A model generated the notes under the pieces. The model did no database searches. It saw only the letters and a program-made list of their open reading frames with translations, and had not been told where the DNA came from. A stretch of 64,000 nucleotides of DNA from assembly GCF_009914755.1 (NCBI RefSeq), contig NC_060928.1, one strand, 5' to 3'. Every line of letters begins with the position of its first letter. Position 1 is the stretch's first letter. The stretch comes from the human T2T-CHM13v2.0 reference genome, Homo sapiens. Below, in pieces: positions 26,801-40,316 of the stretch. A program made the translations under genes and the position numbers.

Positions 26801-29184
26801 CTTTCCCTTCCTCTTATTATGCAGCCTCCGAATGATGTCTGTCAGCTAGAGGAATTACATGTGTATGACTTAGCATGTGAGTTTCCAGATCTCACAGGCA
26901 GGAGAAATGATGGGAATAACTGGAAACAACCAAGATGTCAATAAAATGTATTTTTCTGTAGTCATCCCACAAAAAGGCCTTGAAAGTTTCTCAGGGGGAG
27001 TTTTCCTCCTGTGAGACAGGATGAACCCTCCCTCCCTCTGCTATAGCTCAGGAGATGCGGTTGGCCTCCCCCCAGCATGCCCACTACACAACACAGGTGT
27101 CCCCCATTCAGTGAGAAACCAAAGAGAAAGAAAAAGCTTAACAGAGAAAAAGATATTAAACAAATACTCTGTTTCCAGGGCAGCTGGGGGCACAGGAACA
27201 GGGAGAATGGGTAATGTGGTTGAGGTTTATAGGTAGAAAAAGGAACTGGGTTTTAATGAAAAAATTTTTTTTAATTTGCTTTTTTGCCATTTTGCCTTCT
27301 TAGTATACTGGGCCTAGGTTTTGTTTTGGAAAGTATTAGAAATCAAACTTGCACTATCTTACTTTGTCTTCTAAAGTTAAGCAAGAGAGAAATGAAGAAA
27401 AACAATGTGGATCTTTGAAAGACCCTTTTCCAGGCAATAGAAAATATACTTTGATATTCTTGCTGCCTCTCCAAAAAGTCTGGGAGCCTGAAGTTTGTCT
27501 AAACTCAGGATTTCTTAGTTAACTAACCTGGGCAAGGTTTTTATTTCCCTACTGACTTCATTTCCCTGATGATTCCCCTTATGTTTCCATATTTTATTTG
27601 ATAATGATAAGCTGTCTTCTATGCAATTTTAATTTTATTTTAAAAGAAAGATGATAATGCCATTTTATAGGCAAAACTAATTTTTTCATGAAATTACCCA
27701 CTAAGAATGCATAGTAACATACTCCTCAGTCTTAAAGATTGCTACCATTGCAAAATATTGAGTAAAAAGAGGGGAAAAAAAGAAATGCTTTGACATCAAA
27801 CATCTGTTTTCAGATTCCAGCTCTGCCACACACTAGCCATGTGGCACTGGGCAAGTAACTTAGCTTTTGTGAACATCTGCTTCTTCATCTCTAAAAGGTA
27901 AGGTTAATAATAAATGCTTGGCAGCATTTTGTGAGGATTACTTTAGATAACAAATACCCATCATGGCAGATAGTATGTATCCATTTCCTTCATTCTCTGC
28001 CTCCCAATTTGAAAGTGCTTTCTGGAGATTCAGTCTAATTGGTATCCACAGTCCAGTCAGCTCTGTGGTAGGCATTAGGAGAAATGACAAGGAAGCAAAA
28101 AACCAAACCTAGGTCTCAAAAGAACAGTCCTTTGTTTGAGCAGACAAGATGTATGAATAAAATGCAACTGGGAAGCAAGTAGAGCACATACAGACAAGTT
28201 ATTAGATGTTATGGTATAAACAGCAGATGCCAAGAAAGATTATGGGAATGAGATGGGTTTTATTTAGGTTTTTTTGATACACAGAATTTTAATTGGCATA
28301 AGCAAAACAGACCACTTTAAAAACAAATAAACTCAGGAGACTTCTTTAACTGAAAGAATATAGGTTAAGATTTGAAGGTAGAAATGAACAGAGCATATGT
28401 CTTCAAGAAACTGACCTACTTGGAATAGAGAGCTTCATTGGGGAAAATGGCTCAAAAAGAGTATATTGGGACCAGTCAACAAAGAGCCTTGAAGATTATC
28501 CTAACTAATAACATCTGATTTATGAGCCCTTCAGAAAAAGAACGACAGCAGAATTTTGGAGAGGTTATTGCTGTCTAGGATGGACTGGAGACAAATTTTG
28601 GGTCAGAAACTCTGCTAGGGTCATGTGCATGGAGGTGAGTTAAGCTGTTTTGTGCTACTTGGATGCTTCTTTCTACAGTGTATGTTTCAAGCCATAGGCT
28701 CATTGTTTCACCAATTTTTCTATATAGATGGTTTGATCCATGTTCACTAAACTCAGGAGAGACTGGCTTATAAAAGCTAATTTAATAATATAGAAAATTA
28801 CACATAATTATTAAGAGTAATGGGGTGTACATATATTAGGGAATTTAGCCTATCTAGTTTCTGTAACAAGAAACCCTTCTGGAAAAGTAAACCAGTATCA
28901 GAAAGCTCATTAGTCATTCAAGTTTATTGGTCATTCATCAACTTATCAAATATTAACTAAGCACCTACTATGTGATAAACAGCATGGGGGCGCTGAGACC
29001 TGCAAGTGGTTTAGTGATGCTGAAGGGGGAAGGAGTGGCATTAGGGAGTGAGCAGAGGGGAGGGCAGGAGCCAGGACACAGAGGGCCACATATTTCCTGG
29101 TGAGGGAACTTGGACATGTTTCTCTTACTGACAACCAGTAGTGAAATGTCTTGGTACATTTAGAAAAAAAAAAATTATTTTAAC

Positions 29185-29451
<267 letters not shown>

Positions 29452-30654
29452 TAACTTGATATAGTATTGACTAAATAGTCAGTATTTTATGCACCACAGA
29501 ATACATGTGTTTGCCCCAATAATGCTACTGGTTTGAAATAAAAGTATATAGAAAACACATGAAAGTCAGATGTAACAACCTATAGGAAGCTAAGCGTTGG
29601 TTACAAAAATGAACTGAAGGCTGATATCACTAATATCCATAAGAGTCATTTATATAAATAAAATATTAGATTGTTATTTTTCAAATCAGGGAATAAATTA
29701 ATTTCAAAATAGTAGGAAAAAAAGCATGAAATCAAATAAAATCATTATTGGGGAGAACCATCATCATAAAATTGAGTAAGCATATCTACTAGAGAGTTCT
29801 AAAATTAATACATTCCAAATTAAGCCTCATTACAAATTTGCAATTTAATTTTTTGATAGCTAACCCATTTACATGGCTCAAAATCAAAACAACGTGAAAA
29901 GTATAAATGGTGAAAAAAAGCTCCTACCCCTGTCCCCAGCCCTTTTGATACCATTTTATTAATTATTGCTGTACTATTCTGATCTTTGTGTATACCCCAA
30001 ATAGGTTTTTGGTAAATATGAAATTTAATTCGGAATAAAAAAAAAAAAGAGAAGGAAGCAAATCAACACTCACTGGGCAACCACTACTTGCCAGACACCG
30101 TAAGGTGTTTTCCGATAAGTTAGGTTACTGATTCCTCATAGCAACTCTATAAGGTTGGTCTACCACAAGATGAAATGTCACGGCAGGCGGCCGAAAACCC
30201 CACCTCTTTGCATTGTGTGTTAGAAGTAGTACTTTCTCTGCATTTTCCTGCCTCTAGAGTCACATTGGACATACCTTTTGATTTCTGTATTTTAACTAAT
30301 TGCACCACTTTCACAAGAGCTTTAAAGTATCCACCTTTCAGGGCTGTTTTGAGGATTGAGTTGCTAAGTACATGGCATATAGTAAGAGTTCTATAAATGG
30401 AAGCTATCATTATTATAATGCCTCTGGGAGAACTTCGTATACGTCAGGCTAAGCTCATTCAATATGTATTGATTTCCGTTTAACTCACGGGGATGGCCCC
30501 CTTTTTTGTTTTAGTCTATTCTGATGCCAATTTTATTCTTGGGTGAATAACAACCATATAGATATAAATAAATCTAGGTATTAGGTGACTAGATCCTCTC
30601 TTGGACAGCCAAGTTCAAGGCCTAGGAATAAAAATGACCACATTCACCCTATCT

Positions 30655-31382
30655 CAAGGGTCAGCAAGCTTCTATAAAGGGCCAGATAGAAATATTTGAG
30701 GCTTTGTGGGTCTTTGTCAAAACTACTCAACTCTGCATTGTAGTGCCAAGCAGCCATATAAATGAATGAGTGTGGCCGTGTTCCAATAAAATTTTATTAT
30801 AGACACTGACATTTGAATTTCATATAACTTACATGTGTCTGATATGGTTTGGATGTCTGTCCCTTCCAAATCTCATGCTGACATGTGATCCTCAGTGTTG
30901 AAGGTGGGGCCCAATAGGAGGTGTTTGGGTCATGGGGGTGGATCCCTCTTGAATGGCTTGCTGCTGTCCTTGTGATAGTGAGTTCTTGTGAGATCTGATT
31001 GTTTAAAAATGTGTGGCACCTCCCTCTTTGCTCTCTTGCTCCCATCATCGCCATGTGATATGCTGGCTCTCCTTCACTTGCTGCACTGATTGGAAGCTTC
31101 CTGAGGCCTTGCCAGAAGCAGATGCCAGCACTATGCTTCAGGTACATACAGCCTGTAGAACTGTGAGCCAATGAAACCTCTTTTCTTTATAAATTACTCA
31201 GTCTCAGGTATTATTTTATAGCAAATACAAAATGGACTAATACAGTGCCACAAAATGTTATTATTCTTTTGATTTTTTCCCCAATCATATAGAAATACAA
31301 AAATCATTCTTAGCTCATGGGCCATGCAAAAGAAGGTGGTGGGCTAGATTTGGCCTCTGGGGCATAGTTTGCCAATTCCTAC
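30655..31382. mobile_element. MER58(B)-like hAT-Charlie element split by an MST LTR
   Basis: Ends ggggtcagcaag / tttgccaattcct; aaagggccagatag...ggctttgtggg. Confidence 0.8.
30840..31244 (+). mobile_element. MaLR solo LTR (MSTA/B-like)
   Basis: tgatatggtttggatgt...ggactaataca; 5-bp TSD gtgtc/gtgcc. Confidence 0.92.
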
Positions 31383-32677
31383 TCTAAATGATAATTTGAT
31401 AATCTGGTCAATCAACTCACTCCCTCCCCCCACACTCCAACCCCCCAACTATCATGAGCAAGCAGAGAGGGAAAACTAAAGGTCCACTTGGAAGGAATAT
31501 TCCTACTTACCCAGGGAGCTACAATTTTCTTTCTCTTAAATGCAGCTTAGAGTTTGGTAAATATGAGTTAACAATTCATATACAAATTTGAGTTGCACTG
31601 ATATCAACTAAATGACCTTAGTGCTGAAAAAAATAGTGGAAAATATTTCTAGCTGCTAAGAAATCAAGCAACATTGGAATCTGAAAGCATGTAATAATTT
31701 CATTTGAAAACCAAACTTCAGAATAAGTTAAAGTATTCTTGCTACTGGTGTCCCTTACAGGCAGGGGGTTTCATGCCATTGAACACACAGGGGAATCCTT
31801 GATGCTGCAGGGATCTCAGGAACACCTGGGATTGGCCTCCTTGGGGGATCTGCATTGGCTGAGAGCCTAGAGGTCAGACTTCTTGGGGACACAGACAGCC
31901 ACTGCCTCTTCGATGGAATGCTGGGCCACATGCAGCCTCTGTCCTCTCCTAAATCTTCAGCAGTGGCATTTTCATGGCCTGCCTCCAAACCTCATCTCTC
32001 CCTTCCCCACTACCATGATTTCCTTAAAAGCACAGGCCTCAAGAAACAAAGGTCAGGAAGGTAAGTTGCCTGTAGAAAACATTTGCTTTCTTCAAACATC
32101 CATCTCCTGAGACAAAGGAGCCCCCAAATCTTGCTAATTGCTTGGAAATGGTTAGGGAAAAATACCTTAATAATTCCATAAATTATCCTACAACACAAGC
32201 ATCTCTTAATCATCTGGGAAGCTGGCCATACTAAAGGGGCAAATAGTCAGCTCCAGTTCACTCAGGAAAATTCCATCTGCTTCTGTGGGTTTTTGACAGT
32301 TACGGAGTCTTTGAAACAAGACCTGGAATGCTGGATTGATAAGGGAATACTTTTAGAATTTATTTTAGAATCTTTATTGTTAGCACAGAAACTAGCCTTT
32401 TACAGTGCTCAAAAAAACGTCTTAATGCTGGAATTTTGCTGAAGAAGTATTTGGGGTTAAAGCATTACAATTGGCAAGCGATGAGTGGGAAGTAGGGAAT
32501 GAACAAAAGCATAAAGAAGTGAAGGCATCAGATATTTTAAGCCCTAGAAAAGGAAGAACCTGTCTATCTTATTCTCCATGAAGTTCTTCACCACCAGCCC
32601 TTGGAAGAGTACCTGGCTCAGAGAATGTTTGTTTAGTGAATGCATGTAGAGAGGAATAAGAATAGAAGACAAGGCCT

Positions 32678-33080
32678 CTCAGTCAGGACTCAGCAGAAAA
32701 CAATTTCCACCCAGATAATTCAAGAGAAGGGACTTTAATGAAAGGATGACTTAAAGAGGTAAGACAGGGTTAAGGGAAGAAATAAGACATGCTGAAGCAC
32801 CCAGACGCCAGCGACAGGAAGCTAATACCACTGCTAAGGCTGAAAGGGCAGGAGCAGCTCCTTGGCAAAAAAAAAAAAAAAAAAAAAAAATTGCAGCCAG
32901 CGCCAGAGAAGTGCATTGAAATAGAGCATGAGGAAGAGAGCCCCTGGCCTCTCTCCTCTTGCCCTTCATTCTCCTGCCAGTGCCTCCCAATGACCAACTC
33001 TACCTAGAATCCGGAGAGCCTGGAAGCAGGGCAGAGAAGACTGGAGGATGCATCTGAGAATGCGAGCAAAGAAAATCACT
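32678..33080. mobile_element. Old MaLR LTR (MLT1K/L-like)
   Basis: agtcaggactcagcagaaaac...gactttaatgaaagga...gggttaaggga...cagggcagagaag. Confidence 0.55.
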
Positions 33081-34575
33081 AGCCTATGGGGTGAACTGGA
33101 ATGGAAAGCTGGTTTTAAAAAAACCCTATGCCTTCATTCATTCCCTGCTCCCCAAAGATATGCGCTGGCCCACTCATCTCTTGTCAATTGCATTGATAAG
33201 CTATTAGCTGAAGGTAGCTACTAGCTATTGGAGGTTTTAGATGAGGAAGTGGCAAAATATAAAGCTTTGGAAAGCTTTGCCTATGTTTACATTCCAGCTC
33301 TGCCACTCCTTAACTGCAAATATAGGCTAGTTACTTAATTTCTGTGCCTCAATTTTCTTTTCTATAAAATGAGGGAAGTTATGGTAGCTACCGCATAGCA
33401 TTCTTATACGAATCAAATAAGATAATCTAAGTAAAGTGCTTAGGTCTGATAGTGTTTCTTTTTTTAAAGCTTATCTTAAATAAAGATTTCAGTAAATTTG
33501 TCTTATATTATATAATTTACTATCAAGTCAATGTTACAGCAAGGTTTTAGTGAATCTGGCAATCATGAAGACGAGAGTCTTCTCATGAGTACATGGCCAT
33601 GCAATTTCACTCTGCTTTGGTCTACCCAGGCTAAGTAGTTCCCTTTCTTAGGCATCGATTTCTTTCTCCTTTAAGTCATACTAGAATATCATAGAGGCTT
33701 TAGGTAACGCTGGTGAATTCCACCTACATGCGGTCTCAACATACAGCTGTGATTTAGCTACCAGTGCATTTCTGAAAATTGCTTCCTTAGCATTTCAGCG
33801 TGTTATTTGAAAGAGCAACTGAAGTAGAAAGAAAATCAAGCAACAACAGGAGGGACTCGTTTTTAAACTCATTACTTTGCAAGCTGAAAAATTTGCTTAG
33901 ATCAGTTGGGGTTTCAAATGTAAAAATTGACTTCTGATACAAAAGCCAGTAGCTACAGTTTGAAAGTCTGAAGCACATTTTCCCCACTCACTTCCTTATT
34001 TTTCCAACAAGAGTTTCATATGCCTTTTTAATAGGTGAGATGTGCAACCCATGGAATGCAGAGTATTCCTGTTTATATCATTATTAAAATGTAAACAGAA
34101 ATACACTTTATGGAAAAACTGGGGCTAATCATGATTTTTATGCCCCTCCCCCATTTCTAATTTTTAAATAAAATTGGTATATGGGAAACATTATTCTGAC
34201 TGAGTTCTTGTTGAATATTTGTTGAAAATTTCTACAATTTTAAATGCATTTACAATTCTGAAACACCAATTTAACTTGAGAGGCTAAGTAACAAGAAGAT
34301 ATCAAGTTAAAATATCATTTTGATACCCGAGCTTTGTGGCTATTTCAATATGTAAGTGAGCCTTCATGATGGTTCTTAAAAGTAAGTTATTATCATAATA
34401 TATGCTTTATCTAGTAAATTCTTCTCTCCGGACTTAGTTTTTTTTAATGTACTTAAAAAATAGCATCTTTTGGGTTATGAAAGCCCTTAAACAATGATTT
34501 TCAAGGACTTCTGTCATTGCTTAATAATATTCAAAACCTATAGACAAACTTCGGAATTACATGTTAAAAATTGTA

Positions 34576-34939
34576 CAGGTTGAGTATCGCTTATCTGAAA
34601 TGTTTCAGAAAAGAAACATTTCAGATTTTTGAATTTTTTCAGGTTTTGGAATATTTGCATATACATAATGAGATATCTCAAGGATGGGACCCAATTCTAT
34701 GATAAACACAAAATTTATTGATGTCTTATATACGCCACATACACGTAGTCTGAAGGTAATTTTACACAACATTTTAAAACAATTTTGTGTATGAAACAGT
34801 TTTGACGTAGTTTGCACTGGGACTCATCATATGAGATCAGGCATAGAATTTTCCACTTGTAGCATTATGTTGGCACTCAAAAAGTTCTGGATTTTGGAGC
34901 ATTTTGGATTTGAATTTTCAGATTAGGATGTTCAACCTG
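34576..34939. mobile_element. Tigger4/MER46-like non-autonomous DNA transposon
   Basis: TIRs caggttgagtatc / gatgttcaacctg, flanked by TA on both sides. Confidence 0.9.
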
Positions 34940-35134
34940 TATATGCAACCTGTATTTAATCACAACTATGCTTTTTTAAAAAAGCAGCAAACCCATTGCA
35001 AAGAAAGATGAAAGGAAATTCACCAAACTCTTAATAATAGTTATATATGATAGACAGGAATAAAACAAAGGTTTTAAAGCAATGCAAATCTCTATTAAGA
35101 AATTCCTGATCCATTTTTTATACCTCTTTCAGAA

Positions 35135-35385
35135 TATGGTGTCAGAGGTTGTAAGGAAGAGCAGGTTGTAAGGAAGGGCAGGTTGTAATCCTGGCTCCAT
35201 CACTTACTGTGTGACCTGAACAAGTACAAAAGTCTCCTTGTGCCCTGGTTCAATTATCTGTAGAAATGAGATAATAATAATACTTACTTTGCAGAGTTGT
35301 TGTGAGATTAAATGAGCTAATGCACGCAAATTACTTAGAACAGTGGCAGGAACTCACTTGAAATAAGTGAGAGCTATTATTTTGT
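35135..35385 (+). mobile_element. MIR
   Basis: aatcctggctccatcacttactgtgtgacc...gagttgttgtgagattaaatgag. Confidence 0.85.
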
Positions 35386-36352
35386 TATTTGTAATGAATC
35401 TGCTTACAATTCCAACTCTACCAGTGGAATGTGACCTCTTGAGGGTAGTGATCACCTGTTTATTTATCTTCTGTAGCCCTGGACCCTAAGACCATGTCTA
35501 GCAAATAAGAAATGCTCAGTAAAGAGTTGTGACTACATTAATGAATGAATTCCCCATGGCAAAGTGATAGAGAGTTTCACTGACTATTTCATCAGTAATG
35601 ATCTAATGGTGGCTGCCTGCCACTAGTCTCTGACCCTTCTTTCTCTTAGCATTCACGATACTTAGCTTCTGCTCTGAAAGTGTTCCAAGCCTATCTGCAC
35701 TGATCCAGGCCACTAGCAAATGGTTCAACTGATGAGAACACATCTATAGACCAACAAAGAGCACTTAAGAGGAAGAGTGTTACTCTAAAATATATCAATC
35801 TATAGTGTTAGAAACTTTAATCACCTTCCAGATTCTCGTATGGATCATAAACACTAAATCACATCAGTTCAATAGAGTCAAAAGGCACTTCATCCATGTG
35901 TAAAAATCAAGGTTTATAAGGCAGTCAGTATTTTTCTTTGGTACCACTCTCACCTTCAGCAGCTGCAGCCCAAAGCTATTGGGCAAAACTGAACTCGCCT
36001 CAAAAAATCTTCTGGGAAGACTAGGAGTCTACACAAATGACTGGACTACACCTTCGTAGAGAACAAGTTTGCTCTTCTGAATTTTCTTCAAACTTCATTT
36101 TTCCTTGATTTTTAAAACAGATAGCATTTTGTAAAACTGTAATATGCTGAAGACCTATTCAGAATTTCTTGTGATGAAACAAAAATTGTCATATTAAGTT
36201 AATGTTCAATTAATATAGGGTAATAGCTAATATTTGTCTCCCCTTACAAGGTTAGTCAATAATAGAAAACAATCTCCTCAGTTTCCTCTGTGCATGTTTC
36301 CACTCCAGTTCTTCCTCTCCTGCTTATGCAGAGGCTGTTCTTAAAAAATACT

Positions 36353-36354
<2 letters not shown>

Positions 36355-36389
<35 letters not shown>
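36355..36389. repeat. (CA)n microsatellite
   Basis: Perfect AC run of about 17 units. Confidence 0.97.
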
Positions 36390-36391
<2 letters not shown>

Positions 36392-37042
36392 CCACACCTA
36401 TATCTTTAGTAGTTTGAGTAAAGAAGATGTGTATTATCATATCCCTTTTCTAAGATCAGGCACCCAAAAGGAGTTAATAAATCACCTTGGAAAAGTACCT
36501 TAAAAATCTTCAAAGGGCTGTACCCTAGCATCCCTAACTGCCCTTTATTAACCCACTATGGGTTATTACTTCATTAAATGAAACTACTAAAATACCCAGG
36601 GGATGAGGTGGAAGAAACGGGTAGGATGGAATTAGTAAGTACCGAGTAAATGTGGTGTAATGGAGGGAGTTCAGTACAGGAGAAAAGGGTGAGTGACTAG
36701 CTCACACTGACTAGTATTTATATAATGTCCAATAATTTACAAGGTGCTCTTACATAAGGGAGGAGAACCAAAAGACACAGTGGAGGAGATGGTAGTCAGT
36801 CAATTAGACTAGGTACGGAGGCTTCACTAACACATATTTTCTTTAGACCTTAAAATTACCTTACTTTAAGTTCCATGGAGATAATGGAATCCATGATGAC
36901 TACAGGGATACGTACATATGCTTTTAATTATTTTGAAATGTTAAATAGGTGGGTCAAAATCTGGCCTAAAGTTTTGCAAGCTTTGACACTGTAACTCCTG
37001 TTACTCGAATGGACAAAAAAGTTCATTCTGATAATTTTACCT

Positions 37043-37210
37043 TTTTTTTTTTTTTTTTTTTTTTTTTAACAGATGGAGATAGGGTCTCACTCTGTCATCC
37101 AGGCTGGAGTACTGTGAAATAACCACAGCTCATTACAGCCTCAAACTCCTGGACTCAAGTGATCATCCCACCTCAGCCTCCCAAGGAGCTGGGACCACAG
37201 GGGCAAACAC
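37043..37210 (-). mobile_element. Alu right arm only (FRAM or truncated AluJ)
   Basis: Poly(T) plus a single arm. Confidence 0.85.
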
Positions 37211-39334
37211 CAGGTTCTGCTCTGATAATTCTAAACCTTGATACATAAAGTAGAGTCAGGAGATGGGTTTCTAAGAGCTTTCATTCATCTGATTTCCCAG
37301 CACCACGAACATGGCAAATTCAGATTATCGCAGCAGAACTGTAGCACAAGGGCAAGAATGACCAAAGGCCCTTCAAAGCCTGGGGTTGACCAAGAAGAAA
37401 TTCCTATTTCTGAGCAGTTATTCTGAGGCAGGCTCTGATTCAGTCAACTGGATGAAGAAGTGAGCAGTATTTCCACCCAGAAGACCCAGGCAGCCTTTAA
37501 CTTCATGACAGCTTGTCTTTCAAACCGCAAACCAGAACATGGCCAAAATCCCATAAGGTGCAGTCCCCCTGCTCTGAGGTATAGCATTATTCTCTACGAA
37601 ACTTTAGAAGAAGGAAAGTGTGAAAGTCTGAGAGTCTAGCCTACCCCCATCCCAGGAGGCCATTATGGGCCATTTTACTGCAGTTTCTCTTTGTTTTGTT
37701 TTTTCCATTTAGCTACAGCATGTAGAGAGAAACCCTATTCAAGAGAGTGGGGTCATTATCCACACACAAAAGGCCATTTAGAGAAAGAACAGTGCAGTCA
37801 GTTCAAGCTATGGTTGCCAGAGTCCAGACCTATTGGACAAAAAGGTTAGCTGTTTAAGTGGGAATGTGAAACAAAATGTAGTAATTAGGTCTAACTAGGC
37901 ACCCTCCCCTCTGCTGAGAAAGCTGCCTGGGATCATAAACTCATTCCCTGAAAGTTCTAAGCTTAGGAGAAAGCAAGTCATCAACACTAAGTGACAGTTC
38001 AGTTGTTAACCTTTACCCTAGAGGCTAGGTTTTTTTTCTTTCTTTTTTTTTCTTTTTGGTATGTTTTTTATAGATGTCACTTTTATAAGCTTGAGCTGTT
38101 CTTTTTCTAGTTACCACTATTGACAGTTTCAGATCACTGTTGTGTGTGATTGTGTGTTAAAAAAAAAAACACATGAAAAAATATAAATGCTACAATTAAC
38201 AGTGGTTACCTTTAGTGATGAAATATACGAAATAATTGGGAATTAATTTTTCTCCCTTCAACCTTGTACTTCCTAATTGCTCTTTTATTAACACATAATG
38301 TAAATGAGAGGAAAAAAGACACATATATCTCAGGCAAAATTTTCTACCATGTTTCACTTAAATGAGGAAAAAACAATTAGAGTTTTGACAAGAATAATCA
38401 TGCACAGAAAGGAGGTATAAGCCTCTGAGAAGAGGCAGTGTCATGAAGGTATGAGAACTGATATGAATGTTAACCAGCCTTCACCCTCTTTTCTTCAGCC
38501 ATTTAGTGGCATCTGCATAAAAGTAATTTCAGACTAACAGATATTTCATAGTTGTCACTAAGACAGCAAGTTCTCAGCATTTAGTATGCTCAGAGGTGTG
38601 GTGTTCTGGTTAATAAAGCAATGCTAGGATGAGCACATGCTAGTTATTTAATAGACATTTCCTGTTGGATTGATTGGTTGGAATATTATGGTTGCAAGAG
38701 AGTAACCATGTATACAGGGCATGGATAACCAATATTCAATAAATAAAATGTGACCTAAAATGCTTTTGAAAATTTCATGTGTAATAATTCAGAAGGTTCT
38801 TTCAGTTTTGCAGAGCCTTGACTAATCATGTTGCATATCAATGATAAAAATAACAGAGAATGGCCAAAGTACAAATTCATAAGGAGTTCCCTTTGCTAGA
38901 TTACATGACAAATCTGCTTTTTATATGATATTTCTAAAGTGACTTGCAGATAAGATGGAGATAGAAATTAATTGCTTGGGAAATAGAGATTAAGCATTTC
39001 ACTTACACCTTTATGGACTTTCATTACAATTTGCCTTCAATTTATTGCTTTCATAACAAAGTATTTACTGAGTGCAGGACATTTAATCCAAAAAGCATGT
39101 TTACTGTGTTCACATTGCTTCATTACAAATTTAAGAATTATGTGTGGTAAGCGTAGTTCCTTTAAATCTCATGAGACTTCTTTTAAAATTTTTGTGTCGT
39201 AAAGTTTTGCCTAGGTGGGAGAAGGAACAAGGGAGACTCTTTACATATATAATTGCCTTTTGCCTTGTGGGAGAAGAGTACATGTAAATGAACAGGCATG
39301 GGCAGATCAAGAGTTGAGAAAAGGATACCAATAT

Positions 39335-40316
39335 AATTCATTCAACAAATATGTCTGAATGCCCACTATGTGCCAGGCGCTGCTGTAGGTGTTTGCAATA
39401 CACAGATTTTACTAGGGGAGAAAGAAAATAAACAATAAGCATTGTCAATATACAAATAATGTTAGAGGATGGTAACAGTTAACGAAAGACACAGCAAGGT
39501 CCAGGGGATTAGGAGAGAGGGTTGCTTCTAAGATTTTAAGTAGTATGATTAGTAGACTTCATTGAGGAAACTATTGAGCAAAACCTCGAAGGAGATGAAA
39601 GGTTCAGCCCAATGGATAGGGGAAGGAAGGGAGTCATTCCAGGCTACAAAAAAGAGATAACGGAAAGGGGAAAACTATTGGCTGAGGTACATAAAAACAG
39701 CTGAGTATGGGAAGAAGACAGGGAGAGTCATTTACAGCAAGGAGGTAGCCAGGAAATTCTTAATATAATGGAACTTTAAAATGCTTAGCTTTAGAAATTG
39801 TGATTTGCTAAAATAGTAAAAATAATCTCTTTGCCCCAAATGTGATTAGCATATGGGACATGGCCGCACAAAATAAAGAGATAAATGTGGTCAACTGGAA
39901 TACACCTGTACCTCTAGTTAGGGACTAACAAATTGAATGTATTCATTCTTTTATCATGTATGTTCTGAGCACCACATATACCAGACACTGTGTTAAGGAC
40001 TGTGGTGTGGTGCTGAGCAAAACAGACATGATTCCCCTATTCATAGCAGAGACCTACTTCAATTAAGTGATGTATTTATCTTATTACAAGGGCTGTGGAA
40101 AATTACACAGAAGTAGGAAAGCATATTACTAAGTTACCTGACCTACTTTGGGAGTCAGGAAAAGTTTCCATCAGAAAGTGATATTTGAGCTGAGATTTGT
40201 GGGATGAGTTAACATTAACTAGGAAAAGAGAAAGATTCATCTAGGTCGAGATGGAAGGAAGCATGGAATATTTGAAGAATTGAAAGGTCAGTGGCTCCAG
40301 GAGAGAAGAATGGCTC
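39335..40316 (-). mobile_element. L2 fragments (about 39335-39650 and 39935-40316)
   Basis: attcattcaacaaatatgtctgaatgcccactatgtgccagg; aaagtgatatttgagctgagattt. Confidence 0.75.

Noticed and set aside
30178-30200. Small CpG cluster cacggcaggcggccg
   Set aside because: Far too short for a CpG island, and there is no promoter context.
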